From the IMG/VR virus record IMGVR_UViG_3300031857_000027: 64,000 nt of DNA; one strand, 5' to 3'. The DNA is from a virus. Each line of letters starts with the position of its first letter. Positions within the stretch are counted from its first letter, which is position 1. Position numbers and translations under genes: made by a program. Shown piece after piece: positions 18,050 to 25,350 of this stretch. The notes below the pieces were generated by a model that saw only the letters and a list, made by a program, of their open reading frames with translations, was not told where the DNA came from and did no database searches.

Positions 18050-18310
18050 TTATTTTACGGAATCAAAAATCTCCTTTTGTAATCTATACCATTCTATCCA
18101 CATGTCAACTTTGTCACTACACTTATGATACTCCATGTAGTTATCAGATACGACCGTAATCACTTCACTCAGTTTGGTCGTTCCTTCTTGCACTTGCGTC
18201 AGTGGCGGGCAAGGTCTCCCTAATGATTCTGGCATTTCGGGAAACTTGCGAGCCACTGGTACTGTTGTACTACAGCCCGATATCAATAAAACTATAAGTA
18301 ATTTTTTCAT
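18050..18310 (-). CDS. o-spanin-like lipoprotein
   Basis: Lipobox ISGC, Pro-rich, follows the i-spanin candidate. Confidence 0.75.
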   Translation of the reverse strand: MKKLLIVLLISGCSTTVPVARKFPEMPESLGRPCPPLTQVQEGTTKLSEVITVVSDNYMEYHKCSDKVDMWIEWYRLQKEIFDSVK

Positions 18311-18744
18311 GGCTTCTTGGCTGCTTCGTTCAAAATGCTTACTACGTTAGAATCAAGTTCGCATTTTGCATCAATAACTTTTTCCACTTCTTTAATCTTT
18401 TGGACAACAATCTCTCGTTTTTCAACGACTCTCTTTGTTCTCTCTCGGATTTTCGTTTCGATAACAACATTTGTCTGCTGTGATTTCGCTTCTGCATCTT
18501 TTATTTTCTCCTCTAATTCAGCCACTCTTTGGCGCCATTCTTGCTCGACGCTATAGCCTCCTTTCCAGTATATACCGATGCAAAGTAATGCTATGGAAAC
18601 GTATTTAATAACGTTTGCATAGTTGCCAATAAATGGCAGTCTACTACCTAAAAAACCCAATACGGCACCAACGGCACCGCAGATTAAAACAGTGTTGATG
18701 ATGAATAAAAGAAAGCCCGATGGCAAAAAACTAAGAAGCCACAT
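18307..18744 (-). CDS. i-spanin-like membrane protein
   Basis: N-terminal TM plus periplasmic coiled coil. Confidence 0.7.
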   Translation of the reverse strand: MWLLSFLPSGFLLFIINTVLICGAVGAVLGFLGSRLPFIGNYANVIKYVSIALLCIGIYWKGGYSVEQEWRQRVAELEEKIKDAEAKSQQTNVVIETKIRERTKRVVEKREIVVQKIKEVEKVIDAKCELDSNVVSILNEAAKKP

Positions 18745-18967
18745 TTGACTTTCTCTTTATAAATGAAATGAATGTTGCAGTCTTACGTTTCTTCACGCCG
18801 GGTTCACCTTGTGGTCCTACGCCGACACCTGCAATTGCACCACCACCCACAGCGTTAGTGGGCGCACCGCCCATGGCTCCAGCATCCTCTTTGAGTGGTT
18901 TGCAGACTTTATCGGTGCTACACCAATAATAACCTGCGCCACATTCTTTTTTAAATTCGTTCGACAT
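18731..18967 (-). CDS. hypothetical protein (probable head-associated, starts MSNEF)
   Basis: LKE linker, then P.N.VG.G.IAG...GEPG motif; CATAAATA upstream. Confidence 0.55.
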   Translation of the reverse strand: MSNEFKKECGAGYYWCSTDKVCKPLKEDAGAMGGAPTNAVGGGAIAGVGVGPQGEPGVKKRKTATFISFIKRKSNVAS

Positions 18968-18983
18968 AGTTTTATTTATGTGA

Positions 18984-19712
18984 TTAGTACCCTGTTCCAC
19001 CCACATTATAGCCAGTATATACAGTCCACGATGTTCCTGTGCTATTTCCTACCATGACATAACTCTGATTGGCAGTGACGCCACGATTTGATGGCCCCAA
19101 ATCACCACCTGTCAATTTCGCTGTAGAACTATACAAACCAGAAATGACACCAACATTGTTGTTTCCTCTTGCTTGTACACCAACAAGCAATTCAAGCCAT
19201 GGATTACCCGCAGTCAAACTTGGATTGAAGAATGTCAATTCATACACCATGTTAGGGCTGCCCGGTGTACCTGATGTTGATGCCGTACCTTCCCAACGCA
19301 GTCTTCTATAATCTGTGCCTGAAGCAATTGTAGATACTCTTTGCCAAGAATTGTCAGCACCAGCAAAAAAGATTTTATTGAGTGCTGGATTACTTGCACT
19401 TAAACCATTGAACACAGTTGAACCAGAACCAAATGTTACATAATAATTTGAGTTTGGGAAAAAACTTGTATAACCAGTGCTGTTATATGTCCAAGTAAAA
19501 GGAAGTGATACATTTGTGTTAGCATCGTCACCTGTTGCAGATATGATAGATGTCCAACCAGAAGCAGGAAAAGGACTTTGTGCGCCAGCACCAAGAACGG
19601 GTGCTTTCGTTCCAACTTCTAATGTGTAAACACCACTGGGCAATACACCAATACCACCATTGACATCAATACCACCTGTTATTGTTATGCCTGGTCCAAT
19701 GATGATTGTCAT
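18984..19712 (-). CDS. Gly/Ser/Thr-rich putative virion protein
   Basis: Beta-rich composition; DD...V.LPF...Y...NSN.YVTFG segment. Confidence 0.55.
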   Translation of the reverse strand: MTIIIGPGITITGGIDVNGGIGVLPSGVYTLEVGTKAPVLGAGAQSPFPASGWTSIISATGDDANTNVSLPFTWTYNSTGYTSFFPNSNYYVTFGSGSTVFNGLSASNPALNKIFFAGADNSWQRVSTIASGTDYRRLRWEGTASTSGTPGSPNMVYELTFFNPSLTAGNPWLELLVGVQARGNNNVGVISGLYSSTAKLTGGDLGPSNRGVTANQSYVMVGNSTGTSWTVYTGYNVGGTGY

Positions 19713-20107
19713 TTTAGATTTCTGAGAACCTCTGCGACATTCATATCAACTGGTATTTCTGATGATATAATGTCTGTATTGTTGATGCCACGAACTTTTT
19801 CGGGCATGAGATTTAAAAACAACAAGTATGTTTTGAGTATACTATAGTCGTCTTTATTGGTATGATAAAACATAATTCTTGTTGATACTTCAGGACCAAA
19901 AATATTGTACAGAACAACAATATGATTGAGTATCAGACGCTCACGCATTTCACCATGTTTAGAATAACGTCTGAATAATCTTTTGAGATAATTCAATCGT
20001 TTCATGTCTTCAGTGAATTCACTCATAACGCAATTAGGCCTATCATAGGCCTTTGCTGCGTACAACATTATATTGTCATCGGTTAGATTCTCAAAAGACA
20101 TAATCAA
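19709..20107 (-). CDS. conserved T4-like phage hypothetical protein
   Basis: F.EDMKR..YLKRL...RERLILNH pattern. Confidence 0.65.
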   Translation of the reverse strand: MIMSFENLTDDNIMLYAAKAYDRPNCVMSEFTEDMKRLNYLKRLFRRYSKHGEMRERLILNHIVVLYNIFGPEVSTRIMFYHTNKDDYSILKTYLLFLNLMPEKVRGINNTDIISSEIPVDMNVAEVLRNLK

Positions 20108-20108
20108 T

Positions 20109-20130
20109 GAGGCTGCCCGAAAGCAGCCTC
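20109..20130 (-). terminator. stem-loop GAGGCTGC-N6-GCAGCCTC
   Basis: Perfect 8-bp GC-rich stem between genes; weak U-tract. Confidence 0.6.
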
Positions 20131-20138
20131 TATTTCAA

Positions 20139-20717
20139 TTAAGCGTCAGGTGCGATAGCGTCATCGGATGCATCACCTTCCATTGAACCCATTGCTACTA
20201 GAGTTTCAAATGTGGTACGACCGTTACGACCGCCCATTGTAAAGGTGAATGCTGTGTTACCGAATGTGTTTGCTGTTGGTGTACCTGTGTACAAACCAGC
20301 GTTCGTAACTGTGACTGCTGTAATCCTACCAGTAGCAGCCGTTGTTACACTGACTTGTGCAGAGGTATTGTTTGTACCACCACCAGACAATATCAGTGTA
20401 TATGTGCAGGCTGTTGCTGCTGGACCTACAGCATTAGTATTTGCTGCGACCGAATCAATTCCACCTGCGCCTTTTGTACGTGCTACCCAACCAGCGTGTG
20501 TTGGTGTACCGTCAGTGATTAGACCTTCTTCTGTCGTATCAATACCAAATACACCAAACTCTACGTTAGTACGAGTGGCACTCATATATGTGTTGCCAAA
20601 TACTGATGAAGGCTGTGAATTAGCCAGGCTTTCACCAGTAGTTGATGTATCATAGCCAGTCAGACCTGAAAAGTTTGGAGCATTGTTAGATGCGTCTACA
20701 TTTCCCCAAAGTGACAT
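20139..20717 (-). CDS. putative virion structural protein
   Basis: MSLWG, HAGWV and ETLVAM motifs; late promoter upstream. Confidence 0.6.
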   Translation of the reverse strand: MSLWGNVDASNNAPNFSGLTGYDTSTTGESLANSQPSSVFGNTYMSATRTNVEFGVFGIDTTEEGLITDGTPTHAGWVARTKGAGGIDSVAANTNAVGPAATACTYTLILSGGGTNNTSAQVSVTTAATGRITAVTVTNAGLYTGTPTANTFGNTAFTFTMGGRNGRTTFETLVAMGSMEGDASDDAIAPDA

Positions 20718-20745
20718 GTTTTTCTCCTATAAATCTTTGATTAGT

Positions 20746-20753
20746 TATTTATG
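20746..20753 (-). promoter_or_regulatory. late promoter candidate (CATAAATA)
   Basis: 7/8 match to TATAAATA upstream of the 20717 start. Confidence 0.6.
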
Positions 20754-22368
20754 TTTTCTGTATATCGCTAGACAATTCGGGGTCTTTTTGAAACTTATCC
20801 GATGCCTGTTCTTGTTCTTGTTTTTTGCCCTTTGCGGCATCTCTAACAATCTGAGCCTTGCGTGATAGAGTTCTTGCTGCTGCGCTTGGATCGTCAGTGT
20901 TTTCACTCACAGACTTCCAACCACCACCCATTTCTTTGTATTTCTTCGCAGCCCAACCGTTAGCATATGCTGAAGGATATACATCAAACTTAGATTTTGC
21001 TTGTGCTTTAGCCTGCGCCCACTTCTCAGGTGATGTAGGCACATTCTTTTCTTCAAGATATTCAACATCTTCACCCATTGCTCTTTTTTGACTCTGTGTG
21101 TATTTTCTTTGTTTAACTGGTGACATAGATGCCATTGAAGCCTTTTTTCTGTCTCTTTCTACTGCACTATGATAACCACTTCTCAATCTAACTGCCTGAC
21201 CCAGATGTTCATCACCCGCTTCATCATGTCCTTTTGATCTGGCGTCTTTTCCTTTTTTTGTGGCTATTTTTGCAGCACGATCCAAAAGTGCAGGCGAAAG
21301 TTCATCAAGTTGTTCAGTCTCTTCTTTGACATGACCATACTTCTTTTTGTACCAGTCGGGCATACCACTCTTTTGACGGAAGTATCTTACTGTTGCAGAA
21401 TCGTTTGCTTGATCACGATATTTGTTTTCTGCTGTTGTATTATGGCTCTTCATTGCTTCTGCTGCTTTATGGGCATCTTTGGCAATATATTCCAATTCAG
21501 CATTCGTCTTCTTATGATACTCATGACCTTCTAGTGGATGGCGCTGTGATGGGCGACCTTCAGTGAGTTCAACTTCTTCTTTGTTGTATTTCTTTTTTAA
21601 ATACTTATCAACCTTGCGTTCGTATTCACCTTTTGGTTTCTTAGGAACAGGAGTGCCGTGTGGTGAAGGAACATATCGTTTAACTTCTTCATTCAGTTCA
21701 CCACGCAGATAGTTGGCTGCTGTAGAGATATAATCTTCAGCAAGTGTAATCTTTGATTGAACCCATTCTGGCAGATTTGTGTTTTCTTCCATCAAGTCCA
21801 TCATGTCTTGTGCATTGAACATCAGTGAACGAATTTGTGACATCGCCATATCACCTTCATAATCATACTCACGTGCATCTTTTGCTTCTTTAATTGGTGT
21901 AACAATCGTAGAAGACTTATATGGTTTTTTAACTGGTCCAGACACAAATCGTCCTTTCTTTTCTAATTGTTCATCAATCTCTGTTTCTTCAGAAACTCTT
22001 GATGCTTTCATGATACCACGAATCAGTGGTGCTTTGAGTTGCTTGTGTCTTGGAACAGCAATGTGTTCTTTTGACTTTGGATGCCCATATACATCATGGC
22101 CACCACCTGTGCGTTTCAATGTCCAACCTGATTTGCGAAGATGAGCATGAACATCACGTGTCTTCATGCTTGACTCTGGCATCTCATCAAGTTGTTCAAC
22201 TTCTTCCACTTTATATTTCTTTTTGATTTCAGATTGCTTCGCAAGTCTTTCTTTATCGTCAGAAATACCGTAAGAATGACCCAACTCTTTGTAATAGTCG
22301 GGATGTGGTAGTCCCGACTTCTTACGCAGAGCCATTTGTCGTTGATGTAATTTATCTGCGACTGACAT
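20749..22368 (-). CDS. modular putative internal head polyprotein containing a HicA-like toxin domain (22000-22167)
   Basis: Modules split by EEVEQLDE, EETEIDE, EEVELTE, EETEQLDE and EDVEYLEE; HicA pattern MKTRDV...L..SGW...R.GGGH..Y.HP......VP.H..L...L.R.IMK. Confidence 0.75.
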   Translation of the reverse strand: MSVADKLHQRQMALRKKSGLPHPDYYKELGHSYGISDDKERLAKQSEIKKKYKVEEVEQLDEMPESSMKTRDVHAHLRKSGWTLKRTGGGHDVYGHPKSKEHIAVPRHKQLKAPLIRGIMKASRVSEETEIDEQLEKKGRFVSGPVKKPYKSSTIVTPIKEAKDAREYDYEGDMAMSQIRSLMFNAQDMMDLMEENTNLPEWVQSKITLAEDYISTAANYLRGELNEEVKRYVPSPHGTPVPKKPKGEYERKVDKYLKKKYNKEEVELTEGRPSQRHPLEGHEYHKKTNAELEYIAKDAHKAAEAMKSHNTTAENKYRDQANDSATVRYFRQKSGMPDWYKKKYGHVKEETEQLDELSPALLDRAAKIATKKGKDARSKGHDEAGDEHLGQAVRLRSGYHSAVERDRKKASMASMSPVKQRKYTQSQKRAMGEDVEYLEEKNVPTSPEKWAQAKAQAKSKFDVYPSAYANGWAAKKYKEMGGGWKSVSENTDDPSAAARTLSRKAQIVRDAAKGKKQEQEQASDKFQKDPELSSDIQKT

Positions 22369-22370
22369 GA

Positions 22371-23519
22371 TTAGTCCTTCTTGGCCATTTTCGTTGCAGT
22401 TGCATACATTACCGACTTAGCACGTTCACCATAACGCTGTTTGAAACCAGAAAGACCTTTCTTCATACCCATTACGTAATCTTCTTTCTTCTTGGCTTCA
22501 CCTTTTGTTAGTTCACGTTCTTCAATTTGCTGAACACTTTCTGGCATTTCTTTTACACCAGTTGTCTTACCTGCTGCAACTTTTGGTTGTTTCTTTTTGC
22601 CTTCAAAACTTGCTTTTTGGTCTTCATACTCTTTTGTGAACTCATCGTTTGTTGGTTCTTCTGACAACGATTCTTCTTTACGAAGTTTGCTCATTACTTC
22701 GCCAGCCTTTTGTTGTTTTTGTGCTTGATATGCTCTCTCTTTTGAGATAACATCCTTTACCACACCAGCAGCACCTTTTGCAACATCCATAATACCTTCT
22801 TCAATTTCTGTTGCAACAACGCCGTTTACTTTATCTGCATCAATAACTTCAATCATTCTACCATCAATATCCATCTCTTCTGTTTCAATTGGTGCTAACA
22901 CTTTCAGACCATGCTCATTGTACAGTTCAAGCATCTCTGTGAATGATGTTGATTCGTTCACACGTGTTGAACGCTTAAAGTTTTGACGGGCACCATAGCC
23001 ACCCTTTTTCTTCGGTGCATCATCTTCATCATTGTCATCTTTGTAGTCACGCTTGTGAACTAGACCTTTTGCTGTCTTTGTGACTGAGCCATGTTCTGTT
23101 TTACCAGCATCCATGCGCTTCTTTGCATCTGCTACAGTTGGAAATGCTTCGTTCAGTTGCTCTTGTTCAGTTGCTTCAACTTCTTCGTTCTTTTTGCCAT
23201 AGAAGTTATCTTTGTACATGCGTGATGTTGCCTTACGCAGACCTTTTGTGCGATCTTTTGTCTTGTCGGCAATTGCTTTGGTCACATATGAACCAAGTGC
23301 TTTTCTGCCCGCTGGTGTATCACCAACTTCATCTAATTGCTCAACTTCTTCTTTCTTCATATCTTTTTTAGCACGTAGAAGTTTGAAGTCGTGAGCATCA
23401 ACTTTGCCATTTTTGTTGGCATCAATTTTATGCTGATTGCCTTTTAGTTGTTCTTGTTGTAGAACCTTTGCTGCTGCTTCTGCTACACTTTTCAGTGCTT
23501 TGTCATTGAAAATTGACAT
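22371..23519 (-). CDS. modular putative internal head protein
   Basis: EEVEQLDE, EQLNE, EIEE and QIEE linkers; EF-hand-like DANKNGKVDAHD; C-terminal RYG.RAKSVMYATATK. Confidence 0.65.
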   Translation of the reverse strand: MSIFNDKALKSVAEAAAKVLQQEQLKGNQHKIDANKNGKVDAHDFKLLRAKKDMKKEEVEQLDEVGDTPAGRKALGSYVTKAIADKTKDRTKGLRKATSRMYKDNFYGKKNEEVEATEQEQLNEAFPTVADAKKRMDAGKTEHGSVTKTAKGLVHKRDYKDDNDEDDAPKKKGGYGARQNFKRSTRVNESTSFTEMLELYNEHGLKVLAPIETEEMDIDGRMIEVIDADKVNGVVATEIEEGIMDVAKGAAGVVKDVISKERAYQAQKQQKAGEVMSKLRKEESLSEEPTNDEFTKEYEDQKASFEGKKKQPKVAAGKTTGVKEMPESVQQIEERELTKGEAKKKEDYVMGMKKGLSGFKQRYGERAKSVMYATATKMAKKD

Positions 23520-23544
23520 TTTAGTTCTCCTGATTTAGTTTTTG

Positions 23545-24855
23545 TTATCTTGTGACTTCTTCCCAATCCATCGATGCGTAGATATCAGAACCATTAACTG
23601 ATGCTGCCACGCATAATGTGAGTTCGAAGGGTGTATTGGTCAATCCATTTCTTTCTAATTGAAATTTGAATAGTGCTTCTCTAAGAATATCCACTGGTAT
23701 AGAACTTTGTGTAGTAGAAGTTGTAAAGCCCGATGCTAATATTCTTCCACCTGAAATTGTTGCGGCATCTAATTTATATTCAACAGCAGAATTAACTCCT
23801 GCACTTTCCCATGTTCCACCTGTTGTTGTACCACCCGCCCTGAGTTGCCAGTTATAATATGAGTTGTTAGTTAATGCTAATAAAGATAGTGCAGTAATAA
23901 TGACAATCGCATCTAATCTATCCGATTTCAATCTCAAAGAAATGAGATTATAATATGTTCCAGCAACGGCCAAATCAATTGGGCTAGTAACTGGTGTGCC
24001 TATGGCTTGCTGCGATCCAAGCAATTCATATCCACCTTCAGATATAACGGACGAGCAAATCTGTTTGAGTGTGGAATTACTTGCTGTAATACCTGTGTTC
24101 TTGATTTCATAACGCAACGGTAAAGATGCCGTTGTCATATAAGGAACAGTATTCCTATTGTCATTGTGAAATATGTGGGCAGGAACCATTTTACCATCAA
24201 CCACAAATCCACAGCGAACATCACCAACACCCAACCACTCAACATCCATCCAAAGAATATTTGTCTTACTTACATCAATGCCACCAGCATGTTCAGCACC
24301 ACCACTTTGAGATGAATAACCCGTACCGTCAAACTTGTCTATATTCCAATCTGTTTGTGCAACTTTTGTTTCTGTAATTGTTCCTGTTGTATTACTTCTT
24401 AGCACAAAATAGTTTGTTGTACCCTCATTCTCAAAATAGATACCGTTTTCGGCGCCATAATAACCAACTCTCTGACGAACATTTGCTTTAGGTGTTTCCA
24501 TAGCAAATGACGACATCATTAACAAAGACTTACCTGGTTGATATGAAAACACTCTTGTTGTTTCACGAATGACTTCAGCATTTGCTGTAGTTCCCACAGT
24601 CATCACAATCATACTTTGATTGTTTACAAAAGCATATGAACTATTTCCTGCTGTATTTGATGTTGACCACAGTCCGTTATCAGCAAAGCGATGTGTACTA
24701 TCAAAAAGAGTAAATGGTTGTGATAGACGAAGACGACCAAACGCATCTGTGATTGTACCAGATGGCGTAAGACGATCAGACATCATATTCACCTCATAAC
24801 GAGTGAATACTTGTCCTGAATCTATCTTATGTAAGTCGGTTCTAAACTGTGCCAC
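23545..24855 (-). CDS. putative virion structural protein (beta-rich)
   Basis: GTG start; DAFGRLR.S.P.TLFD and EWLGVG motifs. Confidence 0.6.
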   Translation of the reverse strand: MAQFRTDLHKIDSGQVFTRYEVNMMSDRLTPSGTITDAFGRLRLSQPFTLFDSTHRFADNGLWSTSNTAGNSSYAFVNNQSMIVMTVGTTANAEVIRETTRVFSYQPGKSLLMMSSFAMETPKANVRQRVGYYGAENGIYFENEGTTNYFVLRSNTTGTITETKVAQTDWNIDKFDGTGYSSQSGGAEHAGGIDVSKTNILWMDVEWLGVGDVRCGFVVDGKMVPAHIFHNDNRNTVPYMTTASLPLRYEIKNTGITASNSTLKQICSSVISEGGYELLGSQQAIGTPVTSPIDLAVAGTYYNLISLRLKSDRLDAIVIITALSLLALTNNSYYNWQLRAGGTTTGGTWESAGVNSAVEYKLDAATISGGRILASGFTTSTTQSSIPVDILREALFKFQLERNGLTNTPFELTLCVAASVNGSDIYASMDWEEVTR

Positions 24856-25350
24856 TTAGCAGTTCCACTTTCTCAATGCTTTATTAATACGTGAATCTGG
24901 ATCACGTGCTGTCTTTGCTGATGTTAGTCTACGCTTCATCCCACCCATTCTGGCGCAAAATGACTTACGACGATTTGCTGCCTTAGAACCTGCTTTTAGT
25001 TTACTTGGTTTCGTTGTCACAGCAGTTTGTAATTTTGAACCAGGATTTTCACGACGATATGACTCAACACCTTTTTGATTCAAACCACCTTCTGGATTTT
25101 TACCTTCTTTACGCTGCCATGCTGCAACTTCTTCTAATTGTTCTTCTGTAAGTGGACCATCATCGGCTTCATAATCTTCTTTTTTTAACTTCATCATCTT
25201 CGGCTTTGTGAATACAGGATTATCTGCACCACCAGCACCACCTTCTCTCTCTTCTCTTACGCATGAGCCTTTTGCATATGCTTTTTTACCCGGCGCTGGT
25301 TTATATCCAGGCCAACATCTTTCATCCATCAGTTGTTTGAATGATTTCAT
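24856..25350 (-). CDS. modular basic protein with CTS-like N-terminus (DUF6321-like C-terminal domain)
   Basis: MKSFKQLMDE; CWPGY; EQLEE linker; GGLN.KG...RRKSFCARM...LRKWNC. Confidence 0.65.
   Translation of the reverse strand: MKSFKQLMDERCWPGYKPAPGKKAYAKGSCVREEREGGAGGADNPVFTKPKMMKLKKEDYEADDGPLTEEQLEEVAAWQRKEGKNPEGGLNQKGVESYRRENPGSKLQTAVTTKPSKLKAGSKAANRRKSFCARMGGMKRRLTSAKTARDPDSRINKALRKWNC

Noticed and set aside
21030-23360. Recurring TCATCAAGTTGTTCA-like DNA repeats as a CRISPR or repeat array
   Set aside because: Degenerate, irregularly spaced and in frame; they encode the EEVEQLDE linkers
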